Below, in pieces: positions 23,853 through 41,270 of a stretch of DNA of 64,000 bases. How positions within the stretch are numbered: position 1 is the stretch's first letter; every line of letters starts with the position of its first letter. The position numbers and the translations under genes were made by a program. This DNA is from Macrostomum lignano. Taxonomy: Eukaryota. The DNA lies in contig NIVC01003112.1 of NCBI GenBank assembly GCA_002269645.1, positions 1-64,000 on the forward strand. Direction: 5' to 3'. Under the pieces are notes generated by a model, which saw nothing but the letters and a program-made list of their open reading frames with translations, had not been told where the DNA came from and did not search any database.

Positions 23853-24047
23853 TCATCCAGAATTTCCTGCCTTCCTACGGGCATACACGCCGATGCACGC
23901 ACAAATTCCCAAGATCCCGATAGCCAATCCAAGAATCAAAGCGATTGTGTCACCAGCATTGAATGCATGAGCCTGTCCAAAGCAACATGCGATCGACAAT
24001 AAAAATAAGAAAATTCGAAAGTGCATGTTATTAATAATCGCAGTCAT
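23853..24047 (-). CDS. SMIM30: Small integral membrane protein 30 homolog (64 aa)
   Basis: Signal-like segment, then AFNAGDTIALILGLAIGILGICACIGVYARRK, matching the human SMIM30 pattern AVEAGDAIALLLGVVLSITGICACLGVYARKR. Acceptor TTTTAATCCAG lies 1 nt before the ATG. Confidence 0.9.
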   Translation of the reverse strand: MTAIINNMHFRIFLFLLSIACCFGQAHAFNAGDTIALILGLAIGILGICACIGVYARRKAGNSG

Positions 24048-24813
24048 GCTGGATTAAAATATAAATAAAAACGAGCAAGGTTAGGTAACAGTAAGAAATA
24101 CGTAAGCTGAGAATAGGAATGTACTGTCGGAATTTCAGACACATTTTCTAGGAAACAGCAACTACTTGAATATTAAAATTTGATAAACACGAGGGTAAAA
24201 CAATTTAAAGCTAACTTTTGTGTATGTAAAAATTTTAGGAGTTCTCTTTGCTGAATAAAAGTTTGTCTGATTTTGTACACATTGATTAATTGGATTGACG
24301 ATTTGAGAAGTTTGTTTTGGGACTGCCAGCATGCCGTGTCACGAGAATTGGTTGTCACGGAAATTTTGTTATTTTGAGAACCAGAATTGATAGGAAAAGG
24401 AAGAGCATTGGCCTTATTTAAACTATGTCAGCCATTACAGAAAATGTGACAATGTAATTCCAGAACTGGAACACGGCTCTGGAACCGATTCTGCAAGAAA
24501 ACGGAGCTAGTATTTTAAATTAAAAGGTTAGTTTTGAAACAAATTCTGGTTTCGAAACCGTTAATATGAAAGACCGATAGAGGCGTTGGGTGAAAACCAC
24601 TCGTTAATAGAATTGAAATGCTCCTTCATTACTTATATTTACAAAGGAATACGGCCCTTCTTTGCGTCGTACATGGCGATTCATTTACAATTTTACGCCA
24701 TTCAATCTCCATTCCATTTTTCTCCTCGGTGTTGGGCTTATGCGGTGTTGTTGGTGAAGCCTGGGCAAGTTTCAATTGCTACAGTGCAGACTGTACAGTA
24801 ATATTGCCTGTGC

Positions 24814-24907
24814 TTAATAGATTTACGTACATTCATTCAGATGGTTTAGAGTTATTGCCTGTGCTTAATAGATTTACGTACATTCATTCAGATGGTTTAG
24901 AGTTATT
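24814..24907. repeat. Two-copy ~47-bp tandem duplication
   Basis: TTGCCTGTGCTTAATAGATTTACGTACATTCATTCAGATGGTTTAGAGTTA occurs twice. Confidence 0.8.
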
Positions 24908-26014
24908 TGAAGGGCTACCGGGAGAAGAGAAGAACTACTAGATAACATTAAATTTTGGTCTCTCACTCTGCATCGATCTCCTCCGTCCAACCGTGGTGTT
25001 TGAGCGTGGCCGGGCCGGGGCTGCCTCTTCTCCTGCTTAAAAAATACTTTCTGTTTTATCACGCACTTATGAATTGGCTAAATTGTGCTATAAAATTTGG
25101 TCTTGCTAAGTTGCATATTGAAATTATAGTTGCACATAATACACCCATGGTTCAGCCGTATAGCTTTAGCTGGTTTAATAAAATGGCATTAAAGTTTGGT
25201 AATGCATTGGCGCCAACATATACAATTGTCCACACAAAAGTTCGCAAAAGATGATTGCATCGGACAGCCAGCACCTGCTTCGTCGAGACAGTCCGTAGCG
25301 GTTTTGAATGCCCGAGTCTGCTTTATATTTGCGAAAAAGTAAAATTTGCTTACCAATTTCGCCCTGCTAGCAGTGACATGGGCCACAGTGAGGGCTATCA
25401 ATAATTACTGTGCCTCACCTTGGGCAAAAGCTTTTACCTCACCTTAGCCATTTTGACAGAGCATGCGGAGCTGCAGTGTGTCACTTGCATGGCTGAGCAA
25501 GCTTGAAGAGCTGTCAATCCCATCACGAGACAGGCTTCCAGTCTCTCTGTTATCCTTCCCTGCAGTGTGTCAGCTGTCAGTTATGCCTATGAAAAAATGA
25601 AGCGTGCTTTCTCGGGGTGAGTTTTTCGCATGGCTGAGCTGAGCCAAAATTCAGCCCACTTGTAGCGACAGTGCCTGTGTAATGTGCCTGGCCAGGTAAG
25701 CCTGTAATGGTGACAGCTATTTGCTCATTATATCCCGGATGCAGCTGGCGTAGGTAGGCATCTGTCAACTCTGTCCTCACCAAATGTTTGGCGGTTTCTA
25801 TAGGCGATAGGTGTATTGTCTTGGGGAGAGAAACTGCTCTCTGTCTCTCTCTCTTTCCTGAGAGCTAGGAAAGCAAAGTTTGCTTATTGGCTAGAAGCAA
25901 CGGACCTGTTCCAGCGAAATTATGAATACAGCAGATTTTCCATAAAAATTATCGCCAAAACTATATCCTGGATGTCCTGACTTTAGCGAGAAAAATACAC
26001 TGAGGAATCAGGTC

Positions 26015-26991
26015 ATGCTTCCAGCTGTGGTGCCGCTGACTGTACTGTTCTTCAGCCAGATGCAGGCGGTGCTGGTCTGCAGCAGCCAGGCGCTGTTCGG
26101 TTTGAGGCCAGCCAGTTCTGTCCAAGCGTGATGCAGCGTTCGGCCTTGCCGAGGCGACTCAGTGGCATCGTCGCTACCAGCACCTGCGCCGTGGAGTGCG
26201 CCGCGTCGCCCAACTGCTCCGCTCTGCACCGCCTCGGCGCTGACTGCTACCTGGCCACCCGATCCGATTGGCAAGACGCTTGGAAGGCCTCGACAAGTTG
26301 CCATAGCAACGGAGCTGCCACACTGGTCCGCCTGCCGACAGCCCCAGCTAACTTGACTGACCGTCTGGTGGTCTGGCTGAGCCTGAGCGCCTCCCTGAGC
26401 AACCTGGCCAACAGCAGCGCCCGCCCGGCCGAGCTGGTCGGGCCGGCCGCCCTGAGAAATGCCAGCGGAGTCGTCCTGTCCTCCGGCCTGGGCGACTCCT
26501 ACTTGCTGCTGCCGCCGCCCGACGATTCTGGCCTGGAGGCCAGGACCGGCCCGCTCGGCCAGTTTTCCCTGTTTATCAAGGCCGAGTGGCAGCCGAGGAG
26601 CGGCAACTCAACCTACCTGGTCAGGGCCGCGTCCACTTCGAACACGGTTGTCTTCTGGGCCTACGAAGACTCGCAACGCATCAAGTTTGGCAACCGCAAA
26701 GCTGTAACCGTGAATTACTATACGGGACCCGTGGTTCCCGCCTCGAAGTCTGTCAACTCGTTTGGCATCTCCTACAACGGAGTCTACAGCGCCTACTTGA
26801 ACGGCAAATCGGAGTCAGTCAGTCAGTACAGCACCATTTCCTCCACCACCGCCATTGGAAGCGTCATCCAGCTGGGCGCCAAGCACGGAGAGACGGTGAA
26901 CGACGCTATGCAAGGCCGGCTGCTCTGCTTCGCTTACTGGGCCAGGGAGGTCTCTCAGGAAGAGTTCGCCGAGTTCGACGGCACGTGCTGA
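26015..26991 (+). CDS. Probably secreted PAN/apple-like plus LamG/pentraxin-like (ConA fold) protein; 5' end frameshifted or spliced
   Basis: Main frame 26131-26991 has a Cys motif TCAVECAASPNCSALHRLGADCYL, then a LamG-like region FSLFIKAEW...GISYNG...YLNG...IQLGA...MQGRLLCFAYWAREVS. The signal-peptide-like MLPAVVPLTVLFFSQMQAVLVCS (26015-26131) is in another frame. Confidence 0.7.
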
Positions 26992-27511
26992 GGGACTCCC
27001 TGCTTAGGATTCAAATTTTTCTGAAACAAAACATTTCTGTGTTCTGATGGCCCTTAAAGAAAAACTAAAGTGTACCCAAAATCGTTTCCACCAGCAAAAA
27101 TATACTAATATACGATCTAAAATAAGCGGGAGTATAAATGTTGGCATTCTTGGCAAACAAAATGGCTTTTAAGCTGTGTTTTCAGGCGCTTTTATCCCCT
27201 TAGCAGCCGTTTTTGTTCTGGTTGCAAGGCTCGCTTGCCGTTGTTTGAAAAAGGATACACTAAAATTTTGAAAGCCATATTTGCTTTGTAGGCCTGGGCC
27301 GTGGCGACGTTCTTCCCCGGTGACAATCAGTGCTAGAGGGGCAATTTAAAGTGTGAAGTACTTTGAACCCTGAAAATGCAATAAAAAAGGGCTGGATTGG
27401 CGTTTCAGCATGGCCTGTATGAGATAGACTAGGCTTACAGGCTATGGTCTGCGATGCTTCACGTTCCCGTGGGTGCTCAAGGCAGACCCTTAGGGCTGCT
27501 GGACAGACCGG

Positions 27512-28943
27512 TGTTAGAGTTTAGGATCTCCGCGTTTTAGGGTCTCCGGCCCGGAGATCACAAACTGAAAATTGTGTCATTTTAAGATCGCCCACACGGA
27601 GATCGGAAACCATAACATAGATAGAGTTACAGGTCTCCGCCGTGTTAGGATCTCCGCGGTTCTTTTCTATATGAAAATTATAGCTACTTCTATGTACATC
27701 GAGATTGGCACCCCAAAGTGTGAGCAGTCTTGCGTAACTTTCAATAGGCTTTGCACATTTTGGAGATCAGCTTTGTACTCATATTTTATGGGTGGCGGGA
27801 AGCGCTGTAAACATTTATATTGGGCAGATGATAAGAAAGGTTTGTGCTGTGTGATTTTCGTCGATTTCTGCATTTCAAAGCTTGATGGCTTCGCTCAATC
27901 AAATATTTTTCTACGTCCTAAACAATGAATATACGCAGGTACCAGCCAGATTGGACGCCAAAGATAAGGCCAACTTAAAAAGACGTATTAGAGAAAAGAG
28001 CAAGCGTTTCTCCATCCATGACGGAGCGCTTTACTACAGGGTGACTAATAAGGACGACAGTCAGCGAATGCGGCCTGAAGACCATCGCAGAGTACTTTTC
28101 ACAGAGGAAGAGATACGGGATAAGATCCGCAGCCTTCACTCGCAAGGAAGTCACGAGGGTGTCAACAGCACAGTGAGCCTTTTTACTGCACGATACTATG
28201 CTGACATCCCCGTCACACCGATTGCCAAGGCAGTGGTCGAGTCTTGTGACAGGTGCGAGCTGGTCACACCGTGGGAGCAGCTGGGGTTCAGGATCTGAAG
28301 CGAGGGGACGATCGGAAGGGTGGTAAGATGCGATACACTTGGAGTCAGCAAGTCTACATCGTGACCAGGTGTCTTGGTCAAAACGTGTACAGGCTAGGAG
28401 GACTAACCAGGTGTGTCAATGGGAAACACCTCAAGAGATGCTTCCTCCAAGCACCGGCTGAAAGTGCATCACCGGTTTTTCACTAAGCGGACATTTACTT
28501 CATTACTTTAACAGTAAACAGTTTTCCATTTAAATACACAGTTGTGCGAGCATATACTCGTACATATAAAACTAATGCTACGTTGATGATAAAAATGCCT
28601 TTCCACTTCTTATACATGTACGCGTTCAATACCATGACCATTGGTTTTACACAAATGGGGGGGGAGATCGGAAACCGGAGATCCTAAACCAGGACTATGT
28701 TTTTGCGGCCCTGACGGAGAGCTGAAACTGGTTTAGAGTCTCCTGGGGGGAGATCAGAAACTGGTTTAAGATCTCCGGGTGCGGAGACCTGAAAATGCCC
28801 CGGAGACCCTTAAACGGTTTCAGATCTCCTACCCCGGAGACCCATAACCGTTAGAAGTCTCCAGGGGAGATCCTAAACCGTTTAGGGTCTCCGCCCCGGA
28901 CACCCTAAACTGACCGGACCCCCGGAGATCCTAAACCATAACA
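27512..28943 (+). mobile_element. Internally deleted Ginger1 (Gypsy-integrase-related) DNA transposon
   Basis: TGTTA...TAACA ends with ~22-bp TIRs (TGTTAnnGTTTAGGATCTCCG), a CCGG TSD (27508-27511, 28944-28947) and many GGAGATCCTAAACC-like subterminal repeats. ORF 27885-28298 has an integrase H2C2 zinc finger (LH..GSHEG..T.....YY...CDRC). The integrase C-terminal part (KGGKMRYTW...LGQNVYRL...VNGKHLK) follows in another frame. No DDE core. Confidence 0.88.
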
Positions 28944-28947
28944 CCGG

Positions 28948-29072
28948 CACCACCGGATTTCCCTGCGCGAAACCGCAGGACCAGCTGCCCGTGGTGATCG
29001 CCAGGGGTTAGCGGAATGGGCTTTGACGCCTCCCCGCGGTATCCGGATGCCCGGAGTTCCCTGCAGCTGAGT
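28948..29072 (+). mobile_element. 3' end fragment of a LINE/SINE related to the 19854 element (target of the Ginger insertion)
   Basis: AGGGGTTAGCGGAATGGGC...CCCTGCAGCT matches the LINE 3' UTR AGGGATTAGCGGAATGGGC...CCCTGCAGCT. Confidence 0.5.
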
Positions 29073-29882
29073 CATGTAAGCCAAGAAACCAAGCTTTTCT
29101 CCTTTTTGCATCATTTCCTGTAAAACGACTGCATTGTTTGGAGGCAATGTTCACTCTAATCTTTTAAATCTAACCCGGACCGTGAGACTATAGCTACTAG
29201 TGACAATACACAAAAACTAACAAGTACATTGAGCAGCATAAAAACTATTTTAAGACAAAATTTTAAGCCTAAGAAGTCGATGACATTGGCGCACTTCTGT
29301 TAGCATTGATTCGCAGGCCGTCCGCTTCTTTGGACACACCAGAAAACAGTCGGAGTTGCTTCAACGTAGGTTCGTAGCTGGCTGATCAAAACTCCTGCTT
29401 TTACAGGATACTCAAGCAGCCAACCTACGAGCGACTTGAACCACAATTTCGCAGATTGGAATAGCGGAGGGCTTTATGGGACGTTGTAATAATGACTCAC
29501 AGCCGCAATGCTGCTGGTTCTGGTTTGGCTTAAAATACTAATGCACTGAGACAGATCTAGCAAACAGAGTCCAGATACACGCATTTCAGAGGATTGGTTG
29601 GACGCCATGTTTCTTATCTGTGCAAGTCGAGGTGTTTTAATTCATTTCACCTTTTTCCAGCCGTGCACGCCTCGGTCGAATCATTATCACATTGCTAACC
29701 CGAACTGGCGGTTGCGTATGGAATTGCATAAAATCATAGATAGACTCGGTTAGCCTTTCTTCCAACCCTTCCAGTTTGCAGTTGGTCAGCATAAGATCCA
29801 CATTGATCTACGCTCATAACTACAAAAAATTCTCTGTAATTTGCAAAGCGTTGGATTCCGGAAGAGAGACCTAAGTCTCAAA

Positions 29883-31190
29883 ATGAAGATATCAATTTTA
29901 TACTTTCTTTTGCTTCTCCTATGCAGCGATGCCAATGGCAATCCTCAACTCGGGGTTGCAGCTGGTACAGAATTTGAAGCTGGTATTACGGTTGAAGTAG
30001 GACAAGCAACAATGGACTCTACAGTTGAAGAAACAACACAGGAAACTGAAACGGAATCAACACAATTCGTCGATTCTTCGCCAAAAAGTACAGACAGCAA
30101 TTCAATCTCGCCGACAACTACAGTCAGCGAGTCAATCTCGCCGACAACTACAACCAGCGAGTCAATCTCACCGACAACTACAACCAGCGAGTCAATATCG
30201 CCGACAACTACAACCAGCGAGTCAATCTCACCGACAACTACAACCAGCGAGTCAATCTCACCGACAACTACAGTCAGTGAGTCAATCTCGCCGACAACTA
30301 CAACCAGCGAGTCAATCTCACCGACAACTACAACCAGCGAGTCAATATCGCCGACAACTACAACCAGCGAGTCAATCTCACCGACAACTACAACCAGCGA
30401 GTCAATCTCACCGACAACTACAGTCAGTGAGTCAATCTCGCCGACAACTACAACCAGCGAGTCAATCTCACCGACAACTACAACCAGCGAGTCAATCTCA
30501 CCGACAACTACAACCAGCGAGTCAATCTCACCGACAACTACAACCAGCGAGTCAATCTCACCGACAACTACAACCAGCGAGTCAATCTCACCGACAACTA
30601 CAACCAGCGAGTCAATCTCACCGACAACTACAACCAGCGAGTCAATATCGCCGACAACTACAGTCAGTGAGTCAATCTCACCGACAACTACAACCAGCGA
30701 GTCAATATCGCCGACAACTACAACCAGCGAGTCAATCTCACCGACAACTACAACCAGCGAGTCAATCTCACCGACAACTACAACCAGACAGCCAACTCAA
30801 GGGACAAGCTCTGCTGACACAGCAACCACGGGCCCAGACGCAGGTGGAGGCGGTGGCATCCTGACGCCCAGTCAGCTAGCGGCTGTAGTTCTTGGATCGG
30901 TGCTGGTCCTCTCAGTCATCTTCGGCGTAGCGGTTGTGGTGATCCGCCGCCACCGAAGCGAGGCCCGCTTCCGACGACTCCGCTGCGCCGGCTACTTCGA
31001 CGAAGAGGACGACGGCATAGTCGGACTTGGCGGCAGCGATCCGCCGTTGCCGCGAGTGCTGTTCGACGACCAGGGGATTAGCTTCTCGACAAGAGCGCCT
31101 GCATCGGGGAACGCACCGACGGTTGCAGCTCCAGGTATTCAGCAACAGTCGACAGCTAACGAATCATCACTGATTGACTTCAGCGACTAA
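29883..31190 (+). CDS. Intronless mucin-like type I membrane protein (435 aa from ATG 29883)
   Basis: Signal peptide MKISILYFLLLLLCSDANG, about 23 copies of SISPTTT(T/V)SE with synonymous codon variation, TM LAAVVLGSVLVLSVIFGVAVVVI, stop-transfer RRHR, and a cytoplasmic tail ending SLIDFSD. Confidence 0.85.
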   Translation: MKISILYFLLLLLCSDANGNPQLGVAAGTEFEAGITVEVGQATMDSTVEETTQETETESTQFVDSSPKSTDSNSISPTTTVSESISPTTTTSESISPTTTTSESISPTTTTSESISPTTTTSESISPTTTVSESISPTTTTSESISPTTTTSESISPTTTTSESISPTTTTSESISPTTTVSESISPTTTTSESISPTTTTSESISPTTTTSESISPTTTTSESISPTTTTSESISPTTTTSESISPTTTTSESISPTTTVSESISPTTTTSESISPTTTTSESISPTTTTSESISPTTTTRQPTQGTSSADTATTGPDAGGGGGILTPSQLAAVVLGSVLVLSVIFGVAVVVIRRHRSEARFRRLRCAGYFDEEDDGIVGLGGSDPPLPRVLFDDQGISFSTRAPASGNAPTVAAPGIQQQSTANESSLIDFSD

Positions 31191-32074
31191 GCTGACTCGC
31201 TACGCTCGTTATGCTTTGCTTGATTCATCACATCCGCATGGTAACTGGGGCGGTTTTTATCCCTACTTCGCTGACTGATTTCGCTCACATATATGAGCAC
31301 CAATGCTGAGGAGGCCTATTATTTGCATAGTAATGTATTATATTATTCATCTGCGAGCTTAGATAATCGAACTGATTGACTAACTTCCCGTTAATTATGA
31401 TTTCCGTCCCGCTTTTTCTGGCCACTATAGAAACTTCATCAGTTGAAAAATCTTTTTTTGGCACAAATCAGACAAGGACCTGTTCAAAATATTCTGAATC
31501 CCAATGCTTAATATCGCTATAATTTCTATTTTCCTTGTAATAAGAGTCTTCAAAATGATTTTCTAAAGACACTAAAGTCTGCTATGCATTCGCTCGCTTG
31601 CTTGTGAGTAGAGTAGTTCGGGTTTTTACGGATTTAATTACTTTTCAACCAAGTTGGACACGAAAATTGAAAAATAAAAGGCAGAGGATAGTTTAGGTGC
31701 TTTGGTTTCTTGCATTAAAAAGGAAAATTGGTTTAGTGATGCTGTGGCGGTGGCAGAAGTACTGACAGGACTATCATTGGTCCACGAAAGGGACGCTTTG
31801 TCTACAAGCGAAAATATGGGGTTTAGCAGTGATGGCTACAGGCAAATTCAGTTGGTAGTCCTGATGGAGCCAGCGATGCACAGGCTGTGATTATTAGTAA
31901 AGAGTTCAGAACCTGCCAATACAGGAATGATGAGACGGCTGTCGTTCGCGACTCATTTCATAAATATACTGTGAAACACAGAGATGCATTGGACATGTAA
32001 AGCTGAATTGGCTACAAGTTACAATGCACTGATGCGAGAAGAGTTGCTGCACCTGGCGCGGACTCAAGCTTGAC

Positions 32075-32245
32075 TATTTTGACCCAAAACTAGTACACTC
32101 TCCTGCACTGAATCATGCTTCAAAACTGGTACATCCTCCTGCACTGACTCATGCTCCAAAACTGGTACATCCTCCTGCACTGACTCATGCTCCAAAACTG
32201 GTACATCCTCCTGCACTGAATCATGCTTCAAATCTGGTACATCCT
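32075..32245. repeat. 36-bp tandem repeat, about 4-5 copies
   Basis: Unit GA(A/C)TCATGCT(T/C)CAAAACTGGTACATCCTCCTGCACT; reads SVQEDVPVL(E/K)H(E/D) on the minus strand but could not be spliced in frame to the neighbouring gene. Confidence 0.75.
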
Positions 32246-32339
32246 CCTGGTACAAGCCAGGAAGTGACTTTTTGGTGTCGCTTTTAACAAATAAATCTTT
32301 TCGGCCCCAGGGGGAACTCAATTACAAGTCTTTGCTGCA

Positions 32340-37091
<4,752 letters not shown>

Positions 37092-37194
37092 GGCTGCGGC
37101 GTGGCTGACGGGCAGATGCACTTTAGTTGCCTGAGTAACGAAGAGCAACGATGTGCGGATTTAGGGCACACACAGGCCTGATGTGCAGCTAATG

Positions 37195-37510
37195 TAGTGT
37201 TAGCATTTTTGGGGAGTTGCGGCTCTCGCCTTGTATACCCGGTCAGGGTGACAATCGCCCATTCCGCTGGCTCCTGAGCACATTCAAGCGCGCGGATACT
37301 CAAGACAGTCACACACAGAGTGTACTGCGGCCCTGACTTTCTAACCATCAGGCATGTACAGTCTCTGTGCCTTAAGGGCTGGCCCCCCATGGGTGTGATT
37401 CGCACGCAACTTAACCCCTAGCCAGTCTTTCGTACACGATAGCCCCAACTGAATGCGGGGTCCAGGGGTCGTGGCTTGGCTGCAACGCTTAGCCCCACCA
37501 CCCCAGTCTG
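37195..37510 (-). mobile_element. Probable retroelement 3' UTR fragment
   Basis: Carries the AGCGGAATGGGC motif (37257-37268) shared with the LINE 3' end; boundaries approximate. Confidence 0.35.
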
Positions 37511-38009
37511 CACTGGCGCTAAAGTGCCAATTGAAAATCGGTTGAATGCCCAGATTTGAAGAATGAGAAGATGGAGGACTGAAAAGTGGCTTCGGCGTAT
37601 TTTTTTCCTACACCAAAAGCAAGCAGATTCCCAATCCCCAGTCAGTTGAGCTCTCAGAATGGAGGGGAGAGCGGGAAGATGGGAAGCGAAAGCGAGCAGC
37701 GATTTTGGGAAGCAAAAGTGGAAGGCAGAACTCTGATCCTCCCAGCCTTCCCTTCGCCTGCATGCACCCCGCTCTATGCCCGGTTCAGCCATTGCACTGC
37801 AGTCGCTCATGCGCAAGCGCACTTGACCCAGCGGCTGCAGACCTGCCTAACTTGTGTGCACTTTCCGGACCAGGTTGAATGCGACTTGCCAATTTTGCCG
37901 AGATGCGACCTGGTTAAGCTTGGCAGTTCCCGAGCTGGCTGCGCTGCTCCTTTCTGTGAGGCCCTGCCCCTAAAATCAGGTCTTATCGGCTTCCTTTGCC
38001 TCAGTGCCA

Positions 38010-38850
38010 GTCGATCTCAAGTCTCCTCTCAGCCTACCTTTCAGCCTCCCCTCTCAGCCTACCTCTCAGTCTCCCCTCCCAGGCCTACCTCTCAGTCTCC
38101 CTCCCAGGCCTACCTCCCAGGCCTACCTCTCAGTCTCCCTCCCAGTCTCCCTCCCAGTCTCCCTCGCAGGCCTACCTCTCATTCTCCCTCCCAGGCCTAC
38201 CTCTCAGCCTCCCTCTCAGTCTCCTCTCAGTCTCCCTCCCAGGCCTACCTCTCAGCCTCCCTCTCAGTCTCCTCTCAGTCTCCCTCTCAGTCTGCCTCGC
38301 AGGCCTACCTCTCAGTCTCCTCTCAGTCTCCTCTCAGTCTCCTCTCAGTCTCCCTCTCAGTCTCCCTCTCAGTCTCCCTCTCAGTCTCCCTCTCAGTCTC
38401 CCTCAGTCTCCCTCTCAGTCTCCCTCAGTCTCCCTCCCAGGCCTAACTCTCAGTCTCTCTCAGTCTACTTCCTACGCTACCTCTTAGCCTCCCGCTTAGT
38501 CTCTCTCTCAGTCTCCCTCTCAGTCTCCCTCTCAGTCTCCCTCTCAGTCTCCCTCTCAGTCTGCCTCGCAGGCCTACCTCTCAGTCTCCTCTCAGTCTCC
38601 TCTCAGTCTCCTCTCAGTCTCCTCTCAGTCTCCCTCTCAGTCTCCCTCTCAGTCTCCCTCTCAGTCTCCCTCAGTCTCCCTCTCAGTCTCCCTCAGTCTC
38701 CCTCCCAGGCCTAACTCTCAGTCTCTCTCAGTCTACTTCCTACGCTACCTTTTAGCCTCCCGCTTAGTCTCTCTCTCAGTCTCCCTGCTACGCTACTCCC
38801 AGTCTCTCTCTCTCTCTTTCAGTCTCCTCAGTCTCTCTCTCAGCCTCCCT
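38010..38850. repeat. CTCTCAGTCTCC-based ~12-bp degenerate minisatellite with an internal block duplication
   Basis: Directly visible; the CCTAACTCTCAG...CTACGCTACC block occurs twice. Confidence 0.9.
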
Positions 38851-39284
38851 CAGGCTCAGCCTGTTAGATCAACAAGCCACCAAAAGCGAAGCCCGAGCTC
38901 CCAGGCTCACCTGCTGTTGGGCTGTCGTCCCAGTTGCGCGGATCGGCTCTGCCTGGCAGCGGTTGTCTGTCGCTCGCAGCGGTGAATCGCCGGCTGAATC
39001 CCCGGCCAGCTTCGGGCCGAGAGCGCGAGAGCTTTGCAGCCGGGCAGAGTGCGGCCGGGGCAGAGGGGGCCGCCGGGTCCCCCGAGCTGGACGCGAAGGG
39101 ACGTATCAGGCCACCGTCCATTGGAGGGGAGGAGCGCACTCTGCTGCCCGCCTCCCTTCCCCCACTCTGCCCGGATGCGCCTCCTCCTCATTCCAGCGAT
39201 ATCCCTCCCCAGCCAGTCTGCTTTCAGCTGCTTTGCCTGTCTTGAAACTGCCGGTTTGTGCTGCTACTTGCAAGGCTAGTTAAG

Positions 39285-39827
<543 letters not shown>

Positions 39828-40461
39828 ATTTCACACGAGCCGGAACCGTGTTCATTATGCGTGTCTCTCCGCATCCCCCAGGAGAGATCCTGGAGCCTGA
39901 GTCACCGGATTCATCCGCCATTTCCAAGTCACCCCTGGATCTCTCGCAGGCCTATAATCAAAGTCCAGCTTGTAAGCAACAGAGTAAAAAAGTATCACTT
40001 TGTTTACAAAGTTTTCCGCGCATATTCTGCGCCATTCCGCTCCTTCTGCCACTTTGATGTGGGCACTGCGGCTGCGGTTTGAGCGCCGCAGAGCCGGCCG
40101 GATCAGCTCATTAATGAGGCACGCGTGGGGCAGCTCCGAGACGGGGATAATGGACTGAGAGAGGCTCCAGGCAGGCGTGGAGGGGCCGGCGCAGGGCGAC
40201 AGAAGCTGTTTATAAAATCAACGAAGCGGCCTCTGCCAAAAAAGGATTTGAAGAGATTTTGGGGCAAGGGAGATTGCAAGGGGAGAGAGGTTGAAGGAAG
40301 GAAAAGAGGAAGATGGAAAGCGGGAGAAGGAGAGAGGTTGAGATAGAGGGGGGAAAGGGGAGAGGTAGAAAGGAGAGTGATAGAGGGAAATGGGAGAGGG
40401 AGAGGGAGAGAGTGAGAGGAAGAGAAGAGAGGGAGATGGCACTGCCTAATCAGTTAAAAAG

Positions 40462-41270
40462 GGCAAGCAGTGAGAGGTGGACAAGCAGTGAGAGGTGGGC
40501 AAGCAGTGAGAGGTGGGCAAGCAGTGAGAGGTGGGCAAGCAGTGAGAGGTGGGCAAGCAGTGAGAGGTGGGCAAGCAGTGAGAGGTGGGCAAGCAGTGAG
40601 AGGTGGGCAAGCAGTGAGAGGTGGGCAAGAAGTGAGAGGTGGGCAAGCAGTGAGAGGTGGACAAGCAGTGAGAGGTGGGCAAGAAGTGAGAGGTGGGCAA
40701 GAAGTGAGAGGTGGGCAAGAAGTGAGAGGTGGGCAAGAAGTGAGAGGTGGGCAAGAAGTGAGAGGTGGGCAAGCAGTAAGAGGTGGGCAAGAAGTGAGAG
40801 GTGGGCAAGCAGTAAGAGGTGGACAAGCAGTGAGAGGTGGACAAGCAGTGAGAGGTGGGCAAGCAGTAAGAGGTGGGCAAGAAGTGAGAGGTGGGCAAGC
40901 AGTAAGAGGTGGACAAGCAGTGAGAGGTGGACAAGCAGTGAGAGGTGGGCAAGAAGTGAGAGGTGGGCAAGAAGTGAGAGGTGGACAAGCAGTGAGAGGT
41001 GGACAAGCAGTGAGAGGTGGGCAAGAAGTGAGAGGTGGGCAAGAAGTGAGAGGTGGGCAAGAAGTGAGAGGTGGGCAAGAAGTGAGAGGTGGACAAGCAG
41101 TGAGAGGTGGACAAGCAGTGAGAGGTGGACAAGCAGTGAGAGGTGGGCAAGCAGTAAGAGGTGGGCAAGCAGTAAGAGGTGGTCAAGAAGTGAGAGGTGG
41201 TCAAGAAGTGAGAGGTGGGCAAGCAGTGAGAGGTGGGCAAGCAGTAAGAGGTGGTCAAGAAGTGAGAGGT
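40462..41270. repeat. 18-bp tandem repeat
   Basis: Unit GCAAG(C/A)AGT(G/A)AGAGGTGG. Confidence 0.95.

Noticed and set aside
24377-24553. 10-bp inverted repeat AACCAGAATT as a MITE
   Set aside because: Too short, and no TSD found.
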